A stretch of 64,000 bases of DNA from Callorhinchus milii (GCF_018977255.1 NW_024704743.1:25360001-25424000); one strand, 5' to 3'; shown: positions 1 through 12,348, counted from the stretch's first letter. Program-made: numbers and translations. Notes: generated by a model not told the origin, from the letters alone.

Positions 1-435
1 ATGAAGTGACATTAATGGCATTTCCTGTGGGTAGCACGCATGCTCACAATTTACCGGAAACCAGTCAGTCAGGGCTGGAAGTTGGAAGTGTACCAGTGTC
101 ACTGTTGTCCACAGTAAGCTAATGTGTTAAACGGATCTGTTCTGTACTGAATCATACCATAACGGGATAAGTCTGTAGAGAGGTATGTTCATTTGAATTC
201 CCCACCTCATCCTGAATGCAAACAATTGCAAAGAATTGTACGCACTTACTGTTGCCTTTTTTAATTGTTTCCTATGTTTTATGTTTCAACGCACGAGGCG
301 GCCTTGGAGCGAGCAATAAACGAGATTCTCTGAAAGATGAACGAGAGTATCATATTCTCTGCTTCTCCATCAATGTACAGATTTTGCTGCTATGATGATC
401 CAATAAATAAGTCCCATTACAAGCACACAATGCCA

Positions 436-642
436 ATACCACTCCGCCCCGAAGCTTTGGGACTCTCTCCCTCAGTCCCTCTGCCTTACCCCCTCTTTTT
501 CCTCTTTTAGATCATGACTGAAGACCTTCCTCTTCTGGTCACCTCCTCACTCCACCCGGCTCAGGGTCAGGCTCTGACACTGTTAAGCGCTCCGAGACCC
601 TGTCCTACCTGAAGGCCATTATATAAATGCAAATTGTTGCTG
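436..642 (+). mobile_element. L2 LINE 3' fragment
   Basis: C/T-rich L2 3' region ending in AAGCGCTCCGAGAC...GTGA-like stem and ATAAATGCAAATTGTTG tail, matching other L2 ends in the window. Confidence 0.75.
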
Positions 643-1360
643 TCCATCCCCTTACTGACTAGAGAATAAAATATCTCACCCCTTATATTTACTGACCTTT
701 GGAAAGCAACAACAACAACTTGCATTTATATAGCTCCCTTCATGCCGGACGGCGTCTCGGAGCGCTTGACTATTTTAGAGCAACACTATCTTGTTCAGAA
801 CCTGTTCTTTATTAGCATCACAACAATCTGGAAACACGGAGAAGCACTGCAGAGAACTTGCTGGTTAGCAATAGTTTTGATGCATTAGAAGTGGCAGCAA
901 AGGCAGATTGAGTGGCACGAGGAAATGTGCAGGTGTGTTGACGACGTTTACGTTTAAATTGCTGTTCAGATGAATATGCTTCACATTAAATCTAAATGAC
1001 AACTTTGAAACGCTACCCTATATTACAAAAATTACAGTTGAGTTGTCAACTCACAAACACGTCTTGAGCTGACAAACACGTCTTGAGCTGACAACCCGGA
1101 TGACGTTTTATGACTGCGGATAATTCAGCCGGTATTTTGCATAATAATTTACCACCAGAGGGAGGCACCACTACTTCTTCCTGCGTAAAATGATAAACTT
1201 GGTGCTAGATCACAGTCTGAAGCTAAACACTAATCTTTTAACTATGCTTTTATAGTTACATTTTATAATTATACATAAAAGGTGTTAAAGAAATTGCTGT
1301 TTTCGTGATCAGCCCCATACGATTTTCACTCTCCCCTCACTTGTGTTAGGTACAATTTGC

Positions 1361-1680
1361 TAAAATAATAATAATCCTTGCTTTTGATATCGCTTTTCAC
1401 ATCGTTGAGATGTCTCAAAGCGCTTCACAGGATATACTGTAAAGTGGAGTTGCTGTGTATTTCCTGGGTGAAATATGGCAGTCAGTTTGTACACAGCGGT
1501 TTCAGCAAACAGCCATGCAGTGAGTGAGCAATTTTTTTTATTTATAAAATATAATAATAATAACCCTTGCATTTTTATAGTGCTTTTCATGTCTTCCAGA
1601 CATCTCAAAGTGCTTCACAGAATATACTGTAAAGTAAATTGACTGTATATTTGTGGGTGAAACGCGGCAGCCAGTTTGGT
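1361..1680 (-). mobile_element. Two tandem 3' halves of the L2-tailed Deu-type SINE
   Basis: Two copies of the (TAA)n-TCCTTGC...AAAGCGCTTCACAG...CTGTAAAGT...GGCAGCCA module in reverse orientation. Confidence 0.8.
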
Positions 1681-2869
1681 GGATTGTTGAACTGTCCACT
1701 TGAACAGGCAGAAAAGATACATTGCAATGGTAAAAGGCTGCATCGTTAACACATTTTAATTTGAATCAACATTGTATGGGAAGTGATGCAAGTACAGCAT
1801 CAAAGCAGAGGTGAGAGTGTGGTTACTTTGTCAGGAACGCTGTGTAAAACGGAAAGGCATTTTTCCAGTGTCTCCCAGTTCCCAGAAAATATAAAATTTT
1901 TTGAGTTTGTGTTTTCTCACAACACAGCAGCCCTGTGGCTCAGAACACTGTGCAAATAGTTTCTGTTCCGGTTACCGTTCTTCCAAGGACTGAAAGATCT
2001 TGTTTTTATTTTCCCAGGAGATAAAACAGCTGGATGGCAGATTGTTTGTTGCAAGCAGAGTTAGGCAATTAATACAAATAGATTTATCTGCCAGTGACCC
2101 TTCCAGCATTGCTAGTCTTTTGTTCTCATATTTTCTACTGTTAGTTTTCGGCTATTAAGTCTTTTTTTCAAAAACTTTTGCGCACTCACCAAGGTAAGGT
2201 ACAATAGAGATGGGAAATAGAACATGTTGCCATATCAGGCACCTCTGTATTAACGATAAGCATTCTCAGGTCAGGCACATGTTGATCTGCAGACTAAAGC
2301 TCCCTTCGTTCTATTCTGACAATTGGGTGCTAACTGCAATCCCGTCGATATTGCTTGCGATAATGTAGACGAGTGTAAGCAGGGGTGGACCTTCAGGAGA
2401 TCATGCTAACAGATTAAAAACAGGCACGAAAGTCCTGCGAAACTTTGCAGCTGTCAAGACAGATGGAAAGGTGAGTATTTAACTCCAGGTCAGACCTGGA
2501 GTGAATCAGCGTAATGATGGAAAAAAAGTAAACGTATTCATAGCAGGGCCGGGAGGCAATTGTACAGAAAAGTTAGGAAGCCAAGTGCATGCGTGTAGGG
2601 GCACTGGCACTTGGTAACTGGGAAATGATCAACCACACCTTATTTTTGTTAACTAGACACACCACCTCGTCTAATGGGAATGAAATTACTGCCACGAGTT
2701 CCATCTTTGTGAGCAGTCTTTGTAAGTCTAAAAATATACATAACTAACGTATGCTTACAAACGTGTATATTTCAAGAATATCATAGTAAATCTGCTTATT
2801 ACGTAAATAAGTATGTATTTAAAATCACAAGAATCAGGATGTTTGGTTAAATGTTTGGTTGCTTTCTAG

Positions 2870-4313
2870 TTAAATGATTGCCACATGAAACCTACCACCT
2901 GTTCCTTCGATCCCCTGTCTACCCAGTTGCTGACCACACGACTGCCCCTCCTCTGCCTTCTGCTAGCAGACCCAGTTAACCTGTCTATCAACACCATACC
3001 GTTCTACCCCGAAACTGCTGTCTTTACCCCCATTCTAAATAAACACACGTTTCATCCTTCAAATTTCACCAACTACTAGCCCATCTTAAACTACTCCTTC
3101 CACTCTGAAGTCCTGGAATATGTTGTTGCCAATCAGCTTCACCCACAGCTCGCTCTCCTCTCTGTGACCAGGGCTCACTCTTCCTTGTTGTCCTCTTGGA
3201 TCGCTCCCCTGCCTTCTACACATGCCATCCTCCTCGACCTGCACTCTACTGGTTCAAGTCTCACGTTATCCACCGCCGTCACTTCATCCCCTCAAATGGT
3301 TTCTCCTACCGCCCCACAGGGTCGCCTGTGGTGTACTCCAAGGCTCCATCCTTGGCCTCCTTCTTTTCTTCATCTACATGCTCCCTCTCAGTGATGTCAT
3401 CCCCAGACATGAGGTAAAGTTTCACATGCGTGTGGATGACACACAAATCTACTTTTCCTCTTCCAGCTGTGACTCCAGGTCCATTGATGTTCTGTCCACT
3501 TGCTTGTCAGACATCAAGGCCAGGATGAGCGAAGACTTTCTAAAATGGATTAATATGGACCAGATAGAAACTATACTCATTGGCTACTGTCACCTGTGGC
3601 TCTGACCTTCCCAGTCTATCCCTCAGACTTATGGACCTGCGTGGAATCTTGGTGCAAACTGGGGTTCAACCTCCAGTTGTTCTTCCTATCTCACATCTGG
3701 TCCCTGACCAGGACTGCTTTCCTCCACTTCTGTCACATCTGACCATATGTCACACATAAAACAGTTGAAACCCTCATTCATGCATTTGTCACCTCCTGCC
3801 TCGATTTTTCCAATGCCCTCCTTATTGGTCTCTCCAGTTCCACTGTTCATAAAATCCAATTGATTCAAAACTCTATCACCAGTATCCAAATCAGCACCAA
3901 CCTCCACACCCATCACAACAGTCCTTGCTAGACTCCACTGGCTCCCTGTTGCAGAATGGACTTCAAGATCTTCACACTCAAGTACAAAATAGCTTCCTGC
4001 ACTGGCACCTCCCTGCCTCTCTGACCTACTTGCACCCCACTCCACTACCTGACTCCTTCGCTCAACTGGCTCCATTCTCTCGCCCCCTCTGCTCCACCAT
4101 CAGCAGCTGTGCTTTCAGCTACTATGCCCTGAGACTCTGGAACTCCCTGCCCCAATCCCTCCGCCTTGCTTCCTCTTTGCCTATCTTCACATTACACCTT
4201 TCCTCTTTGACAGTCTCTATGGTCACCTCTCCTTTTTCTCTGGCTCGGCATCAAGCACCACTATTATTCAGCCCTGCGAGATGTTACCCCATGTGAAGGT
4301 CGCTGGATAAATG
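2870..4313 (+). mobile_element. Degraded L2 LINE, RT region through 3' end
   Basis: Frame fragments MKPTTCSFDP, QGSILGLLLFFIYMLPL, FHMRVDDTQIY (YADD-like), then L2 3' end with ATAAATGCAA tail; frameshifted and internally deleted. Confidence 0.9.
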
Positions 4314-4622
4314 CAACAACAACAAGATTTCATTTATAGAGCGCCTTTCACGTCGGGAGGATGTCCCAAGGCGCTGGACAGTTGGGTCAGGACCCGAGCA
4401 GGGGGAAATGGTCAGGGTGAGGGGAGGGAGGGAGGAGGGGGTAGAGAGTCGAGAGGGGAGCTGAAGGCACAGTTGAAGAGAAAGGTCTTGAGACCGGCCT
4501 TGAAGGAGGAAAGGGAGGAGGCGGCGAAGGCACTGGGGGATGGAGTTCCAGAGCCTAGGGGCTGAGAGGCTGAAGGCCCGGCCACCGATGGTAGGGCGGT
4601 TAGGGCGGGGGGTGTGGAGCAG
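4314..4622 (-). mobile_element. Young L2 LINE 3' fragment with (TTG)n tail
   Basis: Reverse strand ends CAGCGCCTTGGGACATCCTCCCGACGTGAAAGGCGCTCTATAAATGAAATCTTGTTGTTG; very similar to the copy at 38145-38338. Confidence 0.9.
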
Positions 4623-5269
4623 ATTGTTATTGTGATTGATATGCCTGTTAGAGTTTACCTATAACTGTCCTCCACTGAAACAGAATACATTCTGAACTCG
4701 CACGTGATAGCAGCTCTATTGCTGAAACGTTACCCCTCGTGGTTTCAGTTTCTGATTTCACATTTCAAAAATATGCAGTCTTTATTCTGAAACATCTACG
4801 AGTCAATAAACTGCTTTTTTGTAGTTTCATGATGTGTTTATTGCAACACCATTAAAACACCATTAGTGAAGTGTTCTGTAAATGCATTCAAAGAGCTGAG
4901 TGTATTCAGCTGCAAGAAGTGTGATGATATCTAAACTGGACATGCAGTGCTGTCATTCCACTACCACCAGGCAGGACCATATCTCTAGCCATTCCAAAAC
5001 ACCTCAAAGAATTTCACAGAACGTACTGTAAAGTGTACAGACTGTGCATTTTAACAATAATAATAATTTGCTAGAGTGCCTTATCGAGTCGTCGAGATGC
5101 CTCAAAGCATTTCACAGTATTTACGGTAAAGTGAATTGATGTGTATTTTGTGGACAAAACATATTAGCCAATTGCGCTCAAACAGTGGATTGAGTGACCA
5201 AATTATTATTATTTTTTTTTGGAGGGATTATTTGCCTCTGTGCATCTGTGTATACATACAAATTAAAAT

Positions 5270-5464
5270 GGGTCTAGATTTGCTCTACTTGTTTATCATT
5301 TTAGAGAGTCCAAAATCTGGCATTTCTTAAAAATACAGCCTTAGTTTTGAAACCAGAGTTCTGTAAGTTCTTTTAAGAAGAAACAGAAAACTGATTTCAG
5401 AGTTCAGACTGAATTTAACAATTTGTCAGATTCTGGACCCTCTTAAAATGCCACATAAGTGGAG
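5270..5464. mobile_element. MITE-like fold-back element, right TIR lost
   Basis: Starts GGGTCTAGATTT like the element at 56385; internal inverted arms 5297-5322 and 5424-5450. Confidence 0.55.
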
Positions 5465-6497
5465 TCATCATCCATGGCCTAGACATCTCTGATCTGTCCA
5501 TCATGCACAAGGTCATCTCTCATCTCTCTCTCCTCTCATTTCACTCTCCCCCTCCTCCAAGCCCTTCACCACCTTTTTCCTCCCATGAAAAATGCTTCTT
5601 CTTGAGTCTCTCACAAATGCCCTCTCCTCCTCAGACCTTTCTCCCTCTGGCTTCTACCCGCAGTGATCCGGATAAGCTGCTAAACGATCGCCTCTCCTCC
5701 ACCTTTAATTCTCTTGTCCCCCTGAAAAACAGGACCATCTCAAACCTACCCGCTCCCACTGTTACAACAGTCATCTCTACTCCCTCAAATCCCAAACCCG
5801 GTTGCTTGAGCTCAGATGGCACAAAACCGACCTCACTGTTCACCGCCAACTGTGACTCGATCATCTTTACACCTACCGTTGCTCCCTCTCACAAGCCAAA
5901 ACTGCTTTCTACTCACAGGTCATTTTCAAGGCCAATAACAACTCCAAAACCCACCACCTCCTTTCAAGCACCCTCGATCTTCTGATGCCAAGTGCAAAGA
6001 GCTTCTAGAGTTCTTTAGCTCTAAGGCAGATAACATCCGCCTGGCTGCTTCCTCCTTCTCCACCCTCCATGTCACTCCCCATGCCTCCTTCATCACCCTC
6101 TCCTCCAAACACAGCCACACCCTACACTGCTTTGCACCCATCACTCCCTCCTCCCTTTCCCCCACCATCACCCGGATGAAGCCCACCACCTGTTGCCTCG
6201 AACCCGGTCCCCACCCAACTGCTGGTCAATCAACTCTCCCTCCTCTTGCCCACTGCTGGCTGACACAATCAACCAGTCCCTCTCCTCAGGCTCTATCCCA
6301 TTTCTCCTCAAAACTGCTGTCATCATTCGTCTTCTTTAAAAAAAATCCTCTGTCCCTATAACCTCACAACCTTCAGACCCATTGCAAACCTCCCTTCCTG
6401 GCTAAAGTTTTAGAACACGTTGTTGCAAATCAGCTTTGCTTATGCCTCTCCCTCCACTTCCTACTTGAACCCCTCCAGTCCGGTTTTCACCCTGCCC
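5465..6497 (+). mobile_element. L2 LINE ORF2 internal fragment (post-endonuclease to RT N-terminus)
   Basis: LSSTFNSLVPLK, MKPTTCCLEP, FRPIANLPFLAKVLEHVVANQL and LEPLQSGF motifs in broken frames. Confidence 0.85.
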
Positions 6498-6890
6498 AGA
6501 ACATAAGAGCATAACGTAAGAAATGCTAGACGAAAAAAAAATCAAGGTCCATCTAGTTCGTTTTCCACCTTCCTGACGGACGCATGCACATATGTCCCGA
6601 ACTACCTATGTCCTATATCCCATAATGTTATTTCCTAAAAGAAAACTATCAAACCTATGTTTGAAGGAATCAACATTTCCTGCTTCAAATGTCTCCCAAG
6701 GGAACCTGTTCCACAGGCTTACCCTTTGCTCACTGAAATAGAGTTTCCGTAGATTCGTTTTGAATTTATCCCCCTTCAATCACAGGCTATTTCCTTTGGT
6801 TTTACTATTCTGGACAAGTTGAAACAGTCTTGTCATGATCTGCATTGTCTAGTTCCTTTAGATTCTTAAAGAGAGCAACAGATCTCATCT
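6498..6890 (-). mobile_element. CR1 LINE 3' fragment
   Basis: Reverse strand shows GGATAAATTCAAAACGAATCTACGGAAACTCTATTTCAGTGAG, TGGACCTTG 3'UTR and TTATG-type tail; similar to 33135-33680. Confidence 0.85.
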
Positions 6891-7349
6891 GCATGCTCAG
6901 GTAAACATTAAGATCCATGGCACTTTGGCCAACAATTCCTCAAATAAAAACCATCATTCCCTTCATGAGTTCACTGCACTTTACTGTAAATTCGGTGAAT
7001 TACTTTGAAGGCTTGGCTACTGATTATGGTGCGGAGAGGAAGGGCCATGTTTCCACAGCCTGGTTTGCACCCTGCAAATTTTTCATTTGTTCTTTGAACA
7101 AACCCGATCACAGCCCTTGTAGCCCTTTGTCTATTGACCTTAAAGTTTATGGACTTTAACAAACAGTTTGATTTGTGGAGTTGGGGCGAGAGGACGAGCA
7201 ACACATTAACGTTGATTTGTTTACTGCAAAATTTGATTGCACAAATTACTGTAACCATATTCGTCTCATTCACACTTTGGTGGAATGTCATAGAAGCTGT
7301 GACACAATCTCTTTCACAACTCTGCTAGTCTTTGTCTTTCCGGTTTTAC

Positions 7350-8440
7350 AATACAGGAGGACGTCCCAAGGCTCTGGCCAGTCAGGGATTTGGACCCGAG
7401 CGGTTGGGGGAGTGGGGTTGGGATCAGGGAGGGGAAGGCAGGGAGGGTAGGAGGGAAACCGAATGCGTGTTCGAAGAGGAAGATCTTGAAGAACGTGCCT
7501 TGAAGGAGGCAAGGGAGTGAGGCGAAAGAAATGTGGGATGGAGGTGGGACAGAGAGGCTGAAGTCCCGACTGATGGCCGGAGCCTGTTGAGTGGAGGGAG
7601 AAGACAGGTTGACATGGGTTCAGCAGGTCACAGAGGTAAGAAGGAGCAAGGCCATGGAGGGCCTTGAAGGCGAGGGTGAGGATTTTGAATTCTAACCTTT
7701 GGGGAATGGGGAGCCAGAGGAGCCGGGAGAGGTGGGGATGATAGGATCATGGAGCCTGGTGTAGGAGAGGACACGAGCTGCAGAGTTTCAGATGATTGCT
7801 GTTATAAAAGCATATGGGATACCAGGCTTTATAAATAGGGGCATAGAATATAAAAGTCAGGAAGTTATGATGAACCTTTATATAACACTGGTTAGGCCTC
7901 AGCTAGAGTACTGTGTTCGGTTCTAGGAAGGCTTTGTAGAGGATGCGAAGGAGACTTGCCAGGATGGTACCAGGAATGAGGGACTTCAGTTATCCGGAGA
8001 GGCTAAAGAAGCTAGGATTATTTCCTCGGAGCAAAGAACGTTAAGAGGAGACTTAATAGAAGTTTCCAAAATTATGAGGGGGTTCGATAGGGTGAACAAG
8101 GAGAAACTATTTCCACTGGTGCGTGGGGGAGGACAAGTTTGCAGGCCTATGTGGAATGAGGGGGGAAGTGGGATAGAATTGGACAGCTCTTTTCAAAGAG
8201 CCGGCACAAACACGATGGGCCGAATGGCCTCATTCTGTGCTGTATAATTCTATGATTCTATGATTCTATGATCTGCAGCTTATGGAAGGAAGAGTTGGGA
8301 AGGCTGACAAGCAGGGAATTGGCTTAGGTGTGATCAATGCATGGATGAGGGTGTCGGTGGCCTGAGGGTGAGACAGCAGTGGAACTGGGGGATGTTGCGG
8401 AGGTGGGGGAAGGCAGAGCGGGTCATGGCACGGATGTGGT
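7350..8440 (-). mobile_element. L2 LINE 3' fragment interrupted by a CR1 insertion
   Basis: L2 sequence CTGCAGAGTTTCAGATGAT (to 7796) resumes as ATGATCTGCAGC at 8268, collinear with uninterrupted copies at 26231 and 26911. Confidence 0.85.
7797..8272 (+). mobile_element. CR1 LINE 3' fragment with (ATTCTATG)n tail
   Basis: Encodes GIEYKSQEVMMNLYITLVRPQLEYCVRF-type motifs; ends GGGCCGAATGGCCT...ATTCTATGATTCTATG. Confidence 0.9.
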
Positions 8441-8554
8441 TTTCTTTTATAGTGGCTAAGACAAGTTTTTAATAGTCACAGATGGTAAATTTGATTTGAA
8501 TTGGTTTGCGTTTAGGAGGTCGGAGTCTTAACTGACTTAACTGATGATCAATAA

Positions 8555-8850
8555 TGTGTGTCAATCTAACTCTTGCCTCTGAGTCAGAAGATTGTGAGTT
8601 CAAGACGTTTCACTCTATGGAGATTCTGAACTCATATAGTCTACATTGATTCTCCAATGCAGTGCAGAGGTGTGATGCGTTGTCAGAGTTGCCATATTTC
8701 ACTTTGAGACATCAAACCGATTGCCAGTTCAGATGGATGTTTAACTTCCCATGGGATTATTTGAATAGAAAAGGGAGTTTCTCCCTATGTCCTGGCCAAT
8801 AATCTTGATAAAATTGATCATTCACTTCATGGCCAGTTCTGCCTGCACAC
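8555..8850 (+). mobile_element. Old Deu-domain SINE (SacSINE1/AmnSINE1-like)
   Basis: CTCTTGCCTCTGAGTCAGAAGATTGTGAGTTCAAG head; Deu-like GGATGTTTAACTTCCCATGG...TATTTGAA...TGTCCTGGCCAA. Confidence 0.65.
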
Positions 8851-9411
8851 AGGTGAACAGATATTGACGGTCCAATACACCAATATATAATACAGATTTT
8901 TTACTGCATGTACACAGGTACTTTTCTATTTAGTTATATTAATGGTCTTTCTTAATATACAATATTGCTGTTACATTTTCTGTACATTGGTATATACTGT
9001 ATTGGTTTGCAGCACTGATGTTACACTGTTGGATGTAATATTGGTGTTATATAGTACTGAATAATTTGCTATTACGCAATTAGTACCAGTGTTCGTTAAT
9101 TATCAAATATCTGTATACAGCAACTTGTGCCCAGGCCTTGGATTCCCCGAAACCAATCCGCTGGCAGCTTGCCATTGAGGAAAACCCTACAGAAGTGACT
9201 TTATACCGAATACTGTTGGAGGGCTATTGGATTGACGTTGTAACTACAAATATGTAGCTTCAGCTCTATATTCCCCATCACATTTTTGGCAAGGATACAA
9301 GCCTACGGAGACTAATAGATTAAGGGTTGGTCAGGGGTTGACACTTTACTTCAAAAGTGTTAACGATTCAGCCTTTGCAATTTATCTTTTCTGCCTGTTC
9401 AGGTGGATGTT

Positions 9412-9713
9412 GTGGAGTCCTGTAGCTCAGTGGTTAGAGCACTCGCCTTGCAAGCGACATACCTGGGTTCAATTCCAAGCAGGGCGAAACCTTGGGCAAG
9501 TTTCCTTACTTCACACGCCTAATAATAATCCCTCCAGAAAATAAAAAAAATAATAAATTGGTCATTTTCAATCCACGACTGTTTGTGGAACACAGCTGTG
9601 TGCAATTGGCTGCCGCGTTTTGCCCACAAATATAGTCAATTTACTTAAAGCATATTCTGTGAAGCGCTTTCAGATGTCTAGAGGACGTGAAAAGCACTAT
9701 ATCAAATGCAAGG

Positions 9714-9766
<53 letters not shown>
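9412..9766 (+). mobile_element. Full-length young tRNA-Ala-derived SINE, short form (resembles SINE2-1_CM as I recall it)
   Basis: A box TAGCTCAGTGG, anticodon loop CTTGCAA, B box GGTTCAATTCC, TGGCTGCCGCGTTT body, L2-type 3' stem-loop, long (TTA)n tail; ATGTT TSD. Confidence 0.92.
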
Positions 9767-9769
9767 GTT

Positions 9770-10017
9770 AAAGATCCCATGGTACTATTTGAAAAGAGAA
9801 GGGAGTTTCTCCTGGTGTCCTAGCCAACAATCCCCCAAATAGAAAAAATTACTTACACACTGCATGGCTGTTTGTGGGACATTGCCATATGGAAACTGGC
9901 TGCCCCATTTTGCCCACAAAATATACGGTCAATTAACTTTACACTATATTCTGTGAAGCGCTTTGAGACATCTTAATGACGTGATAAGCCGCTATATCAA
10001 GTGCAAGGATTATTATA
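9770..10017 (+). mobile_element. 3' part of an old Deu SINE whose 5' part lies at ~9385-9411
   Basis: CTGCCTGTTCAGGTGGATGTT joins to AAAGATCCCATGGTACTATTTGAAAAGAGAAGGGAG once the young SINE is removed. Confidence 0.75.
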
Positions 10018-10149
10018 TCCTGTGAGGTGATTTCAGAAGCTTCGACAACATGATAAGGCACTACATCAAATGCAAGAATGATTACTTTGGCAAGTTGGCA
10101 TTCACCCTCTCCTCCAATGTTTAAACACTATGGAATTGAACCTATTCAT

Positions 10150-10472
10150 CCCACTGAGGAAGTTAAGGAATCTGAGGGGGAACTGCTTATGATTGAAGGG
10201 GGGTAAATTCAGAACAAATCTGCGGAAACACTACTTCAGTGAGCGAGTTGTAAACATATGGAACAGGCTCCCAAGGGAGATGGTGGAAGCAGAAAGTGTT
10301 GATTCTTTCAAGAACAAATTAGATAGATTTCTGTTAGGAGATAATATCTCAGGATGCAATACGTAATTTGGGACAAGTTATGTCAAGCGACTGCCAGAAT
10401 AGTAGAAGGCTAACTGGATGGACCTTGGTCTTCTATCGCCTAGCAAATTCTTATGCTCTTATGTTCTTATGA
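10150..10472 (+). mobile_element. CR1 LINE 3' fragment, (TTCTTATG)n tail
   Basis: KFRTNLRKHYFSERVVNIWNRLP motif; GGATGGACCTTGGTC 3'UTR. Confidence 0.88.
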
Positions 10473-10617
10473 ACTGAGTGACAGTGTCAGGTCTTTAAAA
10501 CTTGATGTCTGAGACACACAAGTTATTTTTCAGAGAAGAGCTCCTATTTTCTATATTCATGTGATGTCTGCATGTATGTGACTGAACCATTGACCTCGTG
10601 ATGAATATACAGCTCTG

Positions 10618-10975
10618 TTTTTCTTTGGTCCGACGGGTGTCTGACACGCACTCCCACCTCATCACTATGATTAATAATCTCCAAACCAAACTACTGAGAT
10701 TTACACGTAGGATTGGTTTCTGTTTGTCTGGTCTGGGCTGTGCATTCCTTCCCCAGAAGGACACACCCGTCTTACCTAATCCCTCAGAATGTATGTGTGG
10801 GTGGCAAGAGCCAAGACTTTGGAACACCAGAATGTGTAATGGGGCACTGCTGGATTTTAACCAGCTTGTCATTGCAGTGTACTAACAAGCTTCCCACTGC
10901 TTATCCAGTCAGGCTGCATTAGTGCTTTGGTTTTCAAGGTTATCTGAAGCTAAATGGGAATGATCCCCGCTCTAG
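10618..10975. repeat. Unclassified interspersed repeat, copy a
   Basis: Shares TTTGGTC..GGTGTCTGACAC, CCAAACCAAACT, TTACCTAAT, GGCAAGAGCCAAG and TTCCCACTGCTT blocks with six other copies. Confidence 0.75.
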
Positions 10976-11536
10976 TGATTGCTTTAATCATTTAAAGTTA
11001 GTCTGTAGATAAATGATTCCTTACACTCTGTTTCCCCTTTGTTAATTGAAAAATGATGACTGAAGGCAGAAAGTATAATGTTTTAAGAAGGGGTCAGAAT
11101 TGTGAGAGTATTCCTAAATTCACTCCATTCCTTATTTATTTACTTGCCTATCTACCTGACTTCCACCCAAACCACCCATGCACCCAGCTACCTACCTGTC
11201 TATTTAATTATTTGTTTGTTTATTTATTTAAATTCTCCTGCTATTATATATAAATTTTATATATATATATTTATAGTATAAATAGTACTAATAATAATCC
11301 TTGCATTTAGTGCAGTGTCTTCCCTTCGGGTCTCAAAGCACCTCACAAGATTTATTATAAAGTGTGGTATTTTTTAGCAGACTATAAATTGTTGTTGTTA
11401 TGGAATGTAATGTACTTAAGATTACTGTGATTTTCACCTCCATTCCTTGGCAAGATATAAGATTTTGCATTTATTTTGTGCTGATATGTAGTCACCATTT
11501 CCAAAGGAACCATGTTCCTTGAATATATTCAAGACT

Positions 11537-11826
11537 CAAAGGTTGGTGAATGTATGGAACTCACTACCCCAAAGGGCTGTTGATGCTCATTCCTTGAACA
11601 TATTCAAGACTGAGATAGATAGATTTCTTATTGCAAAAGGGATTAAGGGATATGGGGATAAGGCAGGATCAGGTTATTAGCTGGAGTTAGATTAGAAGAT
11701 CAGCCATGATTGAATGGCGGGGCAGGCTCGAAGGGCCGAATGGCCTACTCCTGCTCCTATATGTTATGTTATGTTATGTTATGTTATGTTATGTTATGTT
11801 ATGTTATGTTATGTTATGTTATGTTA
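11537..11826 (+). mobile_element. CR1 LINE 3' fragment with (ATGTT)n tail
   Basis: VVNVWNSLPQRAVDA-type coding end; GGCTCGAAGGGCCGAATGGCCTACTCCTGCTCCT; ATGTT microsatellite 11761-11826. Confidence 0.9.
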
Positions 11827-11869
11827 AACGAAACATTGCAAATTACTTTCCCTAAGTAGCAAAGCAGTT

Positions 11870-12306
11870 GTAATGGGGAAGTAAGCAAGGCCTCCTTGGA
11901 GCTGAGATGTCTATGTGATGTCCTAGTGCATTGCTAACAACAACCCAGCCAGGCTGGCAAGCTTTGGAGGGCCAATGCCCTAATGGTAATCTTAGGTCGA
12001 CAAGCAGCAGGAGGCTTGCCTGATAGATCCCTCAATGGTAAGCTATGCAGTTTTAGCTGGTCAAAGACTAGCAGTACCCCAAAACACACTCTAGGGTCCC
12101 CAAACCATGACTTTCGCCAGTCTGCACCATATACTCTCTGGAATTAGGTAAGATGGGTGTGTCACACCAGGGAGACAGATCCCATTCCAGACATAGGGAA
12201 ATGTCCATGTTTGGGTGACATATATGTGTGGAATTCTCAGTTTGGCTTGGATACTCTTAAGCATGGTGTTGGGTTTTGGCACATCAGACACCTGGCTGAC
12301 CAAAAC
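11870..12306. repeat. Unclassified interspersed repeat, copy b (opposite orientation to copy a)
   Basis: Ends CAGACACCTGGCTGACCAAAA, about 65 bp upstream of the AHRR exon acceptor. Confidence 0.75.
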
Positions 12307-12348
12307 AATTGTAAAGTAATTCTGCATGTGATTGTGAATAATGGATAA

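Noticed and set aside
2400..2476. Strong donor AAG|GTGAGT as a possible upstream AHRR exon
   Set aside because: No frame encodes the expected YAGRKRRKP N-terminus.
4700..4735. Third hammerhead-like GAAACGTT with a short stem
   Set aside because: The CTGANGA core and stem I are absent; at most a decayed remnant.
9414..9486. tRNA-Ala(TGC) gene-like cloverleaf (also at 14739, 15955-16028, 16489, 46710-46782, 56975-57050)
   Set aside because: Each is followed by the SINE body and L2 tail, so these are SINE heads rather than tRNA genes.
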